Part shown: positions 9,727-18,659 of the stretch, piece by piece
How the letters are laid out: each line of letters starts with the position of its first letter
Numbering within the stretch: position 1 is the first letter of the stretch
Assembly: GCA_963713825.1 (NCBI GenBank)
Contig: CAVQNG010000025.1
Span: 544,001 to 608,000 of the forward strand
Origin: an uncultured Acidobacteriota bacterium
GTDB taxonomy: Bacteria > Acidobacteriota > Thermoanaerobaculia > Multivoradales > JAHEKO01
Direction of reading: 5' to 3'
Length of the DNA: 64,000 nucleotides
Notes under the pieces: model-generated
The model's database searches: none
What the model was told of the DNA's origin: nothing
Seen by the model: the letters and a program-made list of their open reading frames with translations, nothing else
Program-made: the position numbers and the translations under genes

Positions 9727-9896
9727 GGAGGTTCGTTCGGGTGGTTCGACAGGGGGGCGCCGAGTCGAGCGCAGCGCAAGGTCCAAGATAGGCCACAGGA
9801 GTTGGGGCGCGAATACGAGACGAGGCGGCGGCCCCCCATGGAAGTCTGAGTAGCCGCCGCCGTCCGCCTGCGAACCACCCGGACGGGCCTCTACCA
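9727..9896 (+). ncRNA. Putative structured RNA domain B with 3' ACCA (unknown family)
   Basis: 22-bp continuous stem 9727-48/9871-92 (4 G-U), extendable to about 30 bp; 9-bp hairpin 9824-32/9853-61; ACCA at 9893-96. Confidence 0.6.
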
Positions 9897-9935
9897 GATA
9901 TCGGTTCGCTGACGAGAGCCCTGGGCGTGAGTCGA

Positions 9936-10583
9936 TCAGGTGCCGGTCTTCAAGACCGGGTAGTAGCCGAGCTGCCGCAGCTGCCGCTCAGCCTGTTGCG
10001 CTTGCTTCCTGTTTTTGAAGGGTCCCACTAGGACACGGTGCCACCCGCCCTGTGACTGCACTTGGACTTTGGGCTGGCTGGAATGCAGCTCGTGGCGCAA
10101 TTGCTTGGCGTGGGACTTCTCCTGGAAGGCCGCCACCTGCAACCAGAACCCGCCAGGCTGCGCCGCCAACTCTGCGGTCTGGAGGACTCTGAGCTCGATG
10201 GGGGCTGTGCCTGGTCCTAGCATGTCCAGATCTTCGGCTGCCGAGTACGACAGGTCGATGACTCTGCCTCGAACAAAGGGGCCCCGGTCATTGATTCGCA
10301 CCTTGGTTCGCTTGCCGTTGTCGCGATTGCGAACTTCCACGACGGTGCCAAGAGGAAGCGACTTGTGCGCCGCAGTGTGGTCGTACATGTCGTAGGTCTC
10401 ACCACTGGCAGTCGCACGACCGTGAAACCCGGGGCCGTACCACGAGGCGAGGCCGCGCTCGGTGAATCCGACCTGCCCTTCCTGGGCCCGCCTCCCCGTG
10501 GCGCAGGAGAGGCTATGGAGTAGAGAAAGTACGACCAGAATCAGCAGAGGTCCTGGGTTCGTCCCCTGCCGATGGAATCGCAC
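9936..10583 (-). CDS. rlpA: Septal ring lytic transglycosylase RlpA family (DPBB + SPOR), probable lipoprotein
   Basis: ASWYG..FHG..TASGE, TAAHKSLP, RINDRGPF..IDLS; C-terminal SPOR (LQVAAF..RVLVGPF). Confidence 0.92.
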   Translation of the reverse strand: MRFHRQGTNPGPLLILVVLSLLHSLSCATGRRAQEGQVGFTERGLASWYGPGFHGRATASGETYDMYDHTAAHKSLPLGTVVEVRNRDNGKRTKVRINDRGPFVRGRVIDLSYSAAEDLDMLGPGTAPIELRVLQTAELAAQPGGFWLQVAAFQEKSHAKQLRHELHSSQPKVQVQSQGGWHRVLVGPFKNRKQAQQAERQLRQLGYYPVLKTGT

Positions 10584-10585
10584 CG

Positions 10586-12010
10586 CTAGACCCTGGGCTC
10601 CTCGACCGCGGCTGCCTCGACGTCGGCCAGGGCCGGCTCGACGAACTCGTCGAGGAACTCCGTCACCTGCTCGGCCGAGCGGCCGATGAAGCGCATCGGA
10701 TCGAGACTGGCCTGGACCTCCTCCGGGTCCAGATCGAACGCCGGGTCGGCCAGCACGAGCTCGATCAGTGGGTTGTCTTCGCCTCGGGAAACCGCCTCAT
10801 GTGCCACCATGCTGTGCTTGCGCAGCAGCTCGTGGAGCTCCTGGCGGTCGCCTCCCTGCATCGTGGCGATCATGAGCAAGCTCTCGGTGGCCATGAAGGG
10901 GAGCTCGCGTCCAACATGGAACTTGATACGGTCTTCTCGAACGTTCAAGCGGCCCACCATGCCCGCAGCCAGCGTCAGGATGGCGTCACTCAACAGAAAG
11001 GCATCCGGTATCACCAAGCGACGGTTGGCGGAATCGTCCAGACTACGCTCCAGCCATTGGGTGGCGGCATTCATGGGCCCGTTGAGTCCATCGATCATCA
11101 GCCTTCTCGCCAGAGCACACATCCGTTCCGCCCGAATCGGGTTCCGCTTGTAGGCCATGGCGGAAGAGCCGACCTGGGTCGCATCGAAGGGCTCGGAGAG
11201 CTCACCCATTCCCTGCAGGAGGCGCAGGTCGGTGCCCAGCTTGTGGCAGGACTCGCCTATCCCCGTCAGGGCGGCAAGCACCTGCGAGTCCAGCTTGCGG
11301 GGATAGGTTTGACCCGTGACCGGGAAGCTGCCGGCGAAGCCCAACTTCTCGGCGAAGAGCCTGTCGAGCTCGCGAACCTTGGCGTGATCGCCACCGAACA
11401 GGGTCAGATAGCTGGCCTGTGTGCCCGTCGTGCCCTTGACCCCCCGGCACCGGAAACCCTGCAGAATCGCCTCGACGGCCGCCAGGTCCATCAGGAAGTC
11501 TTGCAGCCAGATACAGGCGCGCTTGCCGACAGTGGTCAGCTGGGCGGGCTGCAGATGAGTGAAGGCGAGGGTAGGAATCGAGCGGGTGCCGCGAGCGAAG
11601 GAAGCCAGCTCGCGGAGGACTGTGGCCAGTCGACTCCTGGTGAGCTCCAGCGCCTCCCGGTTGAGGAGAGCGTCGGTGTTGTCGGTGACGAAGGCGCTGG
11701 TGGCCCCGAGGTGGAGGATGCTGCCCGCGTCACCAGCCTGCTCGGCGAAGTGCCGCAGATGGGCGACGACATCGTGACGTGTCTGGCGCTCGATCTCGGC
11801 GACCCTGTCCAGGTCGAGGTCGCCCACCACTCGCTCGAGATCGTCGAGATGCTGTTGGGTGATGGAGAGGCCCAGCTCCCGCTGGCTGTCGGCCAGGGCG
11901 ATCCACAGCCGCCGCCAGCACAAGTACCGATGGGAAGCCGAGAAGATGTCGGCCATCTCCTGCGACGCGTAGCGTTCGAAAAGCGGATTCTGAGGGGGTC
12001 GATTGGCCAT
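10586..12010 (-). CDS. purB: Adenylosuccinate lyase
   Basis: RHDV, HLGATS, THLQPAQLTTVGKR, signature GSSAMAYKRNP. Confidence 0.95.
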   Translation of the reverse strand: MANRPPQNPLFERYASQEMADIFSASHRYLCWRRLWIALADSQRELGLSITQQHLDDLERVVGDLDLDRVAEIERQTRHDVVAHLRHFAEQAGDAGSILHLGATSAFVTDNTDALLNREALELTRSRLATVLRELASFARGTRSIPTLAFTHLQPAQLTTVGKRACIWLQDFLMDLAAVEAILQGFRCRGVKGTTGTQASYLTLFGGDHAKVRELDRLFAEKLGFAGSFPVTGQTYPRKLDSQVLAALTGIGESCHKLGTDLRLLQGMGELSEPFDATQVGSSAMAYKRNPIRAERMCALARRLMIDGLNGPMNAATQWLERSLDDSANRRLVIPDAFLLSDAILTLAAGMVGRLNVREDRIKFHVGRELPFMATESLLMIATMQGGDRQELHELLRKHSMVAHEAVSRGEDNPLIELVLADPAFDLDPEEVQASLDPMRFIGRSAEQVTEFLDEFVEPALADVEAAAVEEPRV

Positions 12011-12022
12011 GATCAGGCATGA

Positions 12023-12031
12023 ATTCTAACA
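12023..12031 (-). promoter_or_regulatory. Extended -10 (TGtTAGAAT) for purB, very short leader
   Basis: Reverse complement of ATTCTAACA, ending 12 nt before the purB ATG. Confidence 0.5.
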
Positions 12032-12106
12032 GAGGGAGAAGGGCCTCGAACGGGCTCGGCAGGTCTGCTAGCATCGGCGCGGTCTTGTCCTAGGAGGGAG
12101 TCCACC

Positions 12107-13036
12107 GTGAAAGCCAGAAGCCTGATTTCCGTCGCCGATCTGACACCTGACGAGCTGCAAGGACTCTTCGCTTTGACCGCTCGAGTCAAGAGAGAGCCCG
12201 AGCGCTATCGATCTCGCCTGAGTGGCAAGAGCCTGGGCCTCATCTTCGAGAAGTCATCGACCCGTACGCGAGTGAGCTTCGAGGTCGGGATGTTCCAGTT
12301 GGGTGGGTTGGGGCTCTTTCTGTCGAGCCGCGACCTGCAGTTGGGACGAGGCGAAGCGATCTCGGATACCGCCCAGGTCTTATCTCGATACGTCGATGGA
12401 ATCATGGCTCGAACCTTCGCGCACCAGACGATCGTGGACCTGGCAAAGTACGCCACGATTCCCGTCATCAACGGGCTTTCCGACGACCTCCACCCCTGCC
12501 AGGCATTGGCCGATTTCTTTACCCTGAAGGAAGTCTTCGGCGACCTCATGGGTCGCAAGCTGGCCTATGTCGGTGACGGCAACAACGTCGCCCACTCGCT
12601 GATGATCACGGCGCCCATGGTGGGTATGGACATCGCTGTGGCGACGCCCGAAGGCTTCGAGCCCGACGACGCGTACCTGGAGAAGGCCCGGGCCGGTGCC
12701 ACCGAGGCAGGTACTGACATCGAGGTCACGAACGATCCCGCTGCTGCGGCGGCCGGCGCCTCGGCGGTCTATACGGATGTCTGGGCTTCCATGGGGCAGG
12801 AGGAGGAAGCCGCGCAGCGACTGAAGCTCTTCGACGGCTTCGAGGTCGATGCGGCGATGATGTCGCAGGCGCTGCCGGAAGCCGTCTTCCTCCACTGTCT
12901 ACCCTGTCATCGCGGTGAGGAAGTCTCGGCCGAGGTGGCGGACGGGCCCCAGAGTCGGATCTTCGACGAGGCGGAGAATCGTCTTCACGCCCAGAAGGCG
13001 CTGATGCTCTGGTTGATGGCTGGGGAGAGTCTCTAG
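12107..13036 (+). CDS. argF: Ornithine carbamoyltransferase
   Basis: STRTR, HPCQ, GDGNN, TDVWASMG, HCLP, AENR; GGGAGGG RBS and TGcTAGCAT -10 at 12066-74. Confidence 0.96.
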   Translation: MKARSLISVADLTPDELQGLFALTARVKREPERYRSRLSGKSLGLIFEKSSTRTRVSFEVGMFQLGGLGLFLSSRDLQLGRGEAISDTAQVLSRYVDGIMARTFAHQTIVDLAKYATIPVINGLSDDLHPCQALADFFTLKEVFGDLMGRKLAYVGDGNNVAHSLMITAPMVGMDIAVATPEGFEPDDAYLEKARAGATEAGTDIEVTNDPAAAAAGASAVYTDVWASMGQEEEAAQRLKLFDGFEVDAAMMSQALPEAVFLHCLPCHRGEEVSAEVADGPQSRIFDEAENRLHAQKALMLWLMAGESL

Positions 13037-13647
13037 ATTTCGGGTCGCGCCAGTTTTTCCAGAAGGGCACTCCAAGCTCGACCGCGGTGACTCAAGCTAT
13101 CTTTGGCCTCGGGACTCAGTTCGGCGTAGGTCAGCTCTTCTCCCTCGGGTACGAAGATCGGGTCCCACCCAAACCCCTGATCACCACGTGGAGGTAGCAC
13201 CACCCGACCTCGCGTCTCGCCTACGGCAATGATCTCTCGCTCCGGCAGCAGGAGGAGGAGCGCGCACCGGGCCGTGACTCGATCGTCACCCATGGCGATG
13301 GCTGTCTTGGCGATGCCCTCGGCTCCGATCGCGGCGAGCATCCACTTCACCAGCGGTCCCGGGAAGCCCGCCATCGCGGCGAGCTCCAACCCGGTCTCTT
13401 CCACGACCAGTGGTCTTTGCAGGCGTCGATAGGCTTCTGCACCCTTCGCCTCGAGAACCTCGATCAGATCCAGCGACTGGATCTCGGGCAGGTCGAGCTC
13501 GACGGCTGCGAGCTCCGCGCCACACAGACGGCGAGCCTCTGCCAGCTTGCCCTGGTTTCCGGTCACCAGAGCCACACCCTGCAGGACCTCGGTCGCGGCT
13601 CGTCGGAGCTCCTCTTGGCTGTCGGGTCCCAGGTTGAGGTTTGTCAT
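13033..13647 (-). CDS. rdgB: Non-canonical purine NTP pyrophosphatase (Ham1/RdgB family)
   Basis: TGNQGK, PEIQ, FPGP, FGWDPIF, K..SHR. Confidence 0.9.
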   Translation of the reverse strand: MTNLNLGPDSQEELRRAATEVLQGVALVTGNQGKLAEARRLCGAELAAVELDLPEIQSLDLIEVLEAKGAEAYRRLQRPLVVEETGLELAAMAGFPGPLVKWMLAAIGAEGIAKTAIAMGDDRVTARCALLLLLPEREIIAVGETRGRVVLPPRGDQGFGWDPIFVPEGEELTYAELSPEAKDSLSHRGRAWSALLEKLARPEI

Positions 13648-14237
13648 CCTCGGCTGGCAGGCTTCAGCTGATCGATGATCTCATCGACCTGGCGCCGAAG
13701 GTCCTCGAGCGAACCGTTGTTCCACAAGACGTGGTGCGAGGCGTCGCGGCGTTGCTCTCCACTGCCCTGAGCCTCGAGTCTCCGCTGTGCCTCTGCCTCG
13801 TCCATGCCGCGACCCGAGGCCCGAAGCAAGCGAAGCTCAGGATCGGCTTCCACGGTGATGACCAGGTCACACTCGGCATTCAGGCCCGACTCGACCAGAA
13901 GAGTGGCCTCCAGAACCGCGACGGCTTGTGGCGCGGCGAACTCCTCGAATCGATTCCGGACCAGGGGGTGGATGGCCTCTTCCAACTGGCGCCGAGCCTC
14001 GTCGTCAGAAAAGACCAGTTCAGCCAGCCGCGGGCGATTCACGCTGCCGTCCTCGAGGAGGAAGTTCTCGCCGAAGAGGCTCTGGACCCGAGCCGCGCCG
14101 GCTGCGCCCGATCCATAGAGCTCCGCCACAACCCTGTCGGCATCCAGCACTGGAATGCCGGCTTCCTCGAGCCAGCGGCCGACCGTTGACTTGCCAGCCG
14201 CCAGCCCGCCGGTCAGCCCGATGCGCTGTGCACCCAT
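13644..14237 (-). CDS. coaE: Dephospho-CoA kinase
   Basis: IGLTGGLAAGKS, DAD, NRPRL..VF, HP, LLVE. Confidence 0.93.
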   Translation of the reverse strand: MGAQRIGLTGGLAAGKSTVGRWLEEAGIPVLDADRVVAELYGSGAAGAARVQSLFGENFLLEDGSVNRPRLAELVFSDDEARRQLEEAIHPLVRNRFEEFAAPQAVAVLEATLLVESGLNAECDLVITVEADPELRLLRASGRGMDEAEAQRRLEAQGSGEQRRDASHHVLWNNGSLEDLRRQVDEIIDQLKPASRG

Positions 14238-14244
14238 GGCGCCT

Positions 14245-15180
14245 CTACGATGCAGCCACCGAGATGCCTTGCCGGAGTCTGGCCGCCCGCAATGTGTTGA
14301 CCAGCAGCATGGCGCGGGTCAGCGGCCCGACGCCTCCTGGTACGGGCGTGATGGCCGAGGTCAGGGGAGCAACCCGGGTGAAGTCCACGTCACCAACCAA
14401 CACGGAGCCCTTGTCCTCGAATCGCGTCCGTCGCGCCTCGTCACCCGGGAAGAGCCGCTCGACTTCAGAGGCCTCAGTGATCCGGTTGATCCCGACGTCG
14501 ACAACCACGGCGCCCTCTTTGACGTGCTCGGGGCCGAAGAAGGCCGTCCTGCCGATGGCGCCGATCAGAAGATCTGCAGTTCGGCAAACTGCCGGCAGGT
14601 CCCTGGTGCGCGAGTGGCAGAAGGTGACGGTGCAGTTCTGGCGCAGGAGCAGCGCTCCCATGGGCTTGCCGACGATGGTGCTGCGACCCACGATCACCGC
14701 CTGTTGGCCTTCCAGCGGAATCCCACTGCGGCGCAGCATCTCCATGATGCCGCTCGGGGTTGCCGGCACGAAGCCAGGTTCATCGAGCCAAAGGTGCCCG
14801 ACGCTTTCGGGATGAAAACCGTCCACATCCTTGGCGGGCGACACCCGAGCCAGCGTCAACTTCTCGTCGAGCCCCGATGGCAGGGGTAGCTGTACCAGAA
14901 TGCCATCGATAGCGGGGTCGTCGTTCAGCTCGTCGATGAGGGATAGAAGCTCGTCTTGAGGGCAGTCAGGGGGCCGCCGAATGGTGCGGCTGAGAATCCC
15001 CACCTTTTCGCAGTCGCGGGCCTTCGATCGAACGTAGACCTCGGAAGCTGGGTTCTCACCGATCAACAGGGCCGCCAGGCCGGGCGGGCGTCCTCCACCT
15101 TCGATGAGCTCGGTCACACTTGCCGCCACTTCGCTTCGAATCTGCTTGGCGAGGGCGTTGCCGTCCAAGATCTTCGTCAT
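14245..15180 (-). CDS. folD: Bifunctional methylenetetrahydrofolate dehydrogenase/cyclohydrolase
   Basis: YVRSK, GILVQLPLP, KDVDG, GRSTIVGKP, DVGINR, TPVPGGVGP; start MTKILDG at 15180 (ATGA overlap, AGGAAGG RBS). Confidence 0.95.
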   Translation of the reverse strand: MTKILDGNALAKQIRSEVAASVTELIEGGGRPPGLAALLIGENPASEVYVRSKARDCEKVGILSRTIRRPPDCPQDELLSLIDELNDDPAIDGILVQLPLPSGLDEKLTLARVSPAKDVDGFHPESVGHLWLDEPGFVPATPSGIMEMLRRSGIPLEGQQAVIVGRSTIVGKPMGALLLRQNCTVTFCHSRTRDLPAVCRTADLLIGAIGRTAFFGPEHVKEGAVVVDVGINRITEASEVERLFPGDEARRTRFEDKGSVLVGDVDFTRVAPLTSAITPVPGGVGPLTRAMLLVNTLRAARLRQGISVAAS

Positions 15181-15893
15181 GAATCTCGCCTTCCTGTGTA
15201 AAGACACACAATGCCACCGGTCAAATCATGCCAGTGGGCGTCACGGAATCCGACATCCTCCATCCGCCGGGTGAACTCTTCCCGCTGAGGAAATTGCATC
15301 ACCGAGTCGGGCAAATAGGTGTAGGCCGACCCGCGCGGGGAAAGCCAGCCACCGATTCGCGGCAGGATGTTGCGGAAATAGAACAAGTAGGGTTTGCGCA
15401 GGAGGTCGCTGCGCGGCAGGGCGAACTCGAGAATCGCCGTTTCGCCGTCGCTCTCCAAGACGCGGTGCATTTCGCGCAGGGCTGCGTCCAGATCGGCCAC
15501 ATTTCGCAGCCCGAAGGATACGGTTATGGCCCCCAGGCTCTTCGAGGGCAAGGGTAGCTGCAGTGTATCGCTGGCGAACCCGGCGGGCTTCGGAGCTAGT
15601 ATCCGACCGAACTTACGGTGGGCGATCCTCAGCATCGGCACCGAGAAGTCCGCTGCCAGGACTCTCGGGGTCCGCTTGCGGAGAGCCAGGGCCTGGTCGC
15701 CGGTTCCGGCGCAGACATCGAGAACCGGGGCGCCGTTGGCCAGAGTCAGGGCATCGGCGGCCTTGCGTCGCCAGCGTTGGTCCAGATTGGCTGAGAGGAG
15801 GCGATTGAGCAGGTCGTACCGGGGCGCCACGGCGCTGAACATGCGTTCGATCGTCTGGCCACTCTTGTCGACCGGCTGATTGTCGCCCTGCAT
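15177..15893 (-). CDS. ubiE: Ubiquinone/menaquinone C-methyltransferase UbiE/MenG
   Basis: MFSAVAPRYDLLN, LDVCAGTGD, FGLRNV, ILEF, AYTYLPDS. Confidence 0.92.
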   Translation of the reverse strand: MQGDNQPVDKSGQTIERMFSAVAPRYDLLNRLLSANLDQRWRRKAADALTLANGAPVLDVCAGTGDQALALRKRTPRVLAADFSVPMLRIAHRKFGRILAPKPAGFASDTLQLPLPSKSLGAITVSFGLRNVADLDAALREMHRVLESDGETAILEFALPRSDLLRKPYLFYFRNILPRIGGWLSPRGSAYTYLPDSVMQFPQREEFTRRMEDVGFRDAHWHDLTGGIVCLYTGRRDS

Positions 15894-15992
15894 TCGGTGA
15901 GTGTATATTCAAGCGCCAGGAGGGAGAAGCCGGACTCTGAAGGCCGCCACTGCCGACAGGGGCCACCCCTCGATTCGGCTGCCCTGGAGTGC

Positions 15993-16021
15993 TTGACATT
16001 CAAGCAGGGCCTCCTTAATAT
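15993..16021 (+). promoter_or_regulatory. Sigma70 promoter of the rplM operon
   Basis: TTGACA-17 nt-TAATAT. Confidence 0.8.
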
Positions 16022-16087
16022 CAGAGGTCCTTTGCCTGGCAAGGGTCGGGCATTTTCTGTCAAGAACGAGAACGAACGAGCGACATC

Positions 16088-16519
16088 ATGAAAACGTATA
16101 GCCCCAAGAAGGGTGAAGTCGACCGCAATTGGTACGTCGTGGATGCTTCTGACCAGACTGTCGGCCGGCTCTGCACGCACGTGGCCCGTCTGCTCACCGG
16201 CAAGCACAAGCCACAGTACGCACCGCACATCGATACCGGCGACTTCGTCATCGTGATCAACGCCGAGAAGGCTGTCTTCTCCGGCCGCAAGGAAGACCAG
16301 AAGGTCTACTACCGGCACAGCATGCATCCGGGCGGCCTGAAGTCCAGGACGGCGGCTCAGATGCGCAGCCAGCGGCCAACCAGGCTGATCGAATACGCGG
16401 TGAAGGGAATGCTGCCCAAGAATAAGCTGGGTCGCCACCAGCTTCGGAAGCTCAAGGTCTATACCGGGGCGGAGCATCCACATCAGGCTCAGCAGCCTGA
16501 AGCGATTTCATTTACTTGA
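16088..16519 (+). CDS. rplM: 50S ribosomal protein L13
   Basis: [38 protein letters not shown]. Confidence 0.98.
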   Translation: MKTYSPKKGEVDRNWYVVDASDQTVGRLCTHVARLLTGKHKPQYAPHIDTGDFVIVINAEKAVFSGRKEDQKVYYRHSMHPGGLKSRTAAQMRSQRPTRLIEYAVKGMLPKNKLGRHQLRKLKVYTGAEHPHQAQQPEAISFT

Positions 16520-16545
16520 AGGATGTAGCCTGGGAGGAGAGAGGT

Positions 16546-16938
16546 TTGAGTGATCTTCAGTATTACGGAACGGGCCGGCGCAAGACGGCTACTGCTCGCA
16601 TCTTCTTGCGGCCAGGAGCTGGCAAATGGACCGTAAACGGACGCGATCTGGAACACTACTTTCCCAACAGGGTGCTGCGCATGGTTGTCAGGCAGCCCCT
16701 GTTGGCGACCGAGACGGATGAGAAGTTCGATATCTATGCGACGGTGATTGGCGGTGGTCCGACAGGCCAGGCCGGTGCCGTTCGACACGGTATCTCCAGA
16801 GCTTTGCTGCAATACAACGGTGAGCTGCGCGAGCGCCTCAAGGCTGCCGGTCTGCTGACCCGCGATTCACGAAAGAAAGAGCGCAAGAAGTACGGGCAGA
16901 AGGGCGCCCGAGCTCGCTTCCAGTTCAGCAAGAGATAG
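16546..16938 (+). CDS. rpsI: 30S ribosomal protein S9
   Basis: [38 protein letters not shown]; TTG start at 16546 after GGAGG preferred. Confidence 0.96.
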   Translation: MSDLQYYGTGRRKTATARIFLRPGAGKWTVNGRDLEHYFPNRVLRMVVRQPLLATETDEKFDIYATVIGGGPTGQAGAVRHGISRALLQYNGELRERLKAAGLLTRDSRKKERKKYGQKGARARFQFSKR

Positions 16939-16959
16939 GGAATCTGAAGGAGGAGTTCG

Positions 16960-17772
16960 TTGGTAGACATCAAGATGAGGGATCTGCTGGAGGCTGGAGT
17001 CCACTTTGGGCACCAGACTCGGCGATGGAATCCGAAGATGAAGCGCTATATCTTCGGCAAGCGCAATGGGATCTACATCATCGATCTGCAGCGGACCCTG
17101 GTGCTGTTTCGGCAGGCCGCAGAGTTCGCAAGTGGCTTGGGGCGGCAGGGACGGCGCTTGCTGTTCGTCGGCACCAAGCGGCAGGCGCAAGATGTGATCG
17201 AAGAAGAATCCCGGCGCTGTGGACAGTTCTACATGACACACCGCTGGCTGGGTGGAACGCTGACCAACTTCGTCACGATCCGCGCTTCCGTCGAGCGTCT
17301 GAAGGACATCGAGGCGCGATTGACCGATGAGAGCAGCCCGCTCACCAAGAAGGAGAAGCTGCGCCTCAATCGTGACCGCGAGAAGATGACCCGCAATCTG
17401 GAAGGGATTCGGGACATGACCTCGCTGCCGGATGCGGTCTTCATCGTCGATCCGAAGAAAGAGCACATTGCTGTCGCCGAAGCCAACAAGCTCGGCATTC
17501 CGGTCATCGCCATTGTCGACACCAATTGTGATCCGGAGGAGGTCGACTACTCGATTCCCGGCAATGACGACGCGATCCGATCGATCCGACTCTTCGCGTC
17601 GAAGATCGCGGATGCCTACCTGGAAGGCTCATCGGAGCTCGAGCAACAGATCGAGATCGAAGCCAAGGATGCAGGCGAGGTCGAAGAGGTCAAGCCAACT
17701 GAGGACAAAGAGGCGGCTGCACCGGGGGCGGAGGAGAAAGCCTCCGTCGAGAGCGCTGCGCCGGCCCAGTAG
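16960..17772 (+). CDS. rpsB: 30S ribosomal protein S2
   Basis: [37 protein letters not shown]. Confidence 0.98.
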   Translation: MVDIKMRDLLEAGVHFGHQTRRWNPKMKRYIFGKRNGIYIIDLQRTLVLFRQAAEFASGLGRQGRRLLFVGTKRQAQDVIEEESRRCGQFYMTHRWLGGTLTNFVTIRASVERLKDIEARLTDESSPLTKKEKLRLNRDREKMTRNLEGIRDMTSLPDAVFIVDPKKEHIAVAEANKLGIPVIAIVDTNCDPEEVDYSIPGNDDAIRSIRLFASKIADAYLEGSSELEQQIEIEAKDAGEVEEVKPTEDKEAAAPGAEEKASVESAAPAQ

Positions 17773-17993
17773 GCGACCCTGCGAGGGTGCAGCTGTCCGC
17801 GCGGCTGCCAATCGATAAACGAGGTTCAGTTCCCGGTGCCGAGATCGGCGCCGGAGTGTTTCAACACACAGAAAGCCAAAGGATGCCGTGCCGCGAGGTG
17901 GAACGCTGCCGGCCCATGGGCGGAACTTAAAAGACTCTAGCCGGACCCTGCTTCGTGCTGGGCTGTAGAGATGTCAGAAAGAGGGATTCGACG

Positions 17994-18644
17994 ATGCAAG
18001 TAACGCCACAGTTGGTCAAGGAATTGCGCGAGCGTACAGGTGCGGGAATGATGGACTGCAAGCGGGCGCTGGTCGACACGGAAGGTGATGTCGAGAAAGC
18101 GATCGACCTGCTTCGCAAACAGGGAATGGCGACGGCGGCCAAGAAGGCTGGCAGGGTTGCAGCCGAAGGGATCGTCGGCTCCTATATTCATGCCGGAGGG
18201 AGAATCGGTGTCTTGCTCGAGGTCAACTGCGAAACCGACTTCGTGGCCCGAACCGATGACTTCCAGGCCCTGGTGAAGGACCTGGCGATGCACATCGCTG
18301 CCGCGGACCCACGAGTTATCGGTCGCGACGAGGTGACGGACGACATTCTCGACAGCGAACGTGCCATCTATCGTGAGCAGGCAATCGAGTCGGGCAAGCC
18401 CGAGAACGTCGTGGATCGCATCGTCGAGGGTAAGATTGAGAAGTTCTATTCCGAGTCGGTGCTCATGGAGCAAGCCTTCATCAAGAATCCGGACGTCACC
18501 GTTGAGGAGATGGTAACGGCGGTGGTCGCCAAGCTGGGTGAGAACATTCAGGTTCGCAGGTTCGCCCGCTTCAAGGTTGGCGAAGGTGTCGAGAAGCCGG
18601 CCGTCGATTTCGCGGCAGAGATCAAGGCCCAGGTCGCAGGTTGA
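17994..18644 (+). CDS. tsf: Elongation factor Ts (short form)
   Basis: VKELRERTGAGMMDCK, NCETDFVA; ATG at 17994. Confidence 0.97.
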   Translation: MQVTPQLVKELRERTGAGMMDCKRALVDTEGDVEKAIDLLRKQGMATAAKKAGRVAAEGIVGSYIHAGGRIGVLLEVNCETDFVARTDDFQALVKDLAMHIAAADPRVIGRDEVTDDILDSERAIYREQAIESGKPENVVDRIVEGKIEKFYSESVLMEQAFIKNPDVTVEEMVTAVVAKLGENIQVRRFARFKVGEGVEKPAVDFAAEIKAQVAG

Positions 18645-18659
18645 GACGATTGTCGAACC

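Noticed and set aside
9529-9878. Short ORFs 9529-9849 (+) and 9681-9878 (-), and the overlapping 9254-9676 (-)
   Set aside because: Pro/Arg-rich, no RBS or recognisable motif; the base-pairing pattern explains the region better.
9492-9935. RNase P RNA, SRP RNA, tmRNA, or a cobalamin/c-di-AMP riboswitch as the identity of the ddl-rlpA gap
   Set aside because: No GAGGAAAGUCC, no SRP helix-8 GGAA/GCAGC motif and no T-arm before the CCA. GGAGACC (near 9637) and a - strand CGTCAGC are isolated partial matches, and the region is downstream of both genes. 6S RNA is not excluded and needs cmscan.
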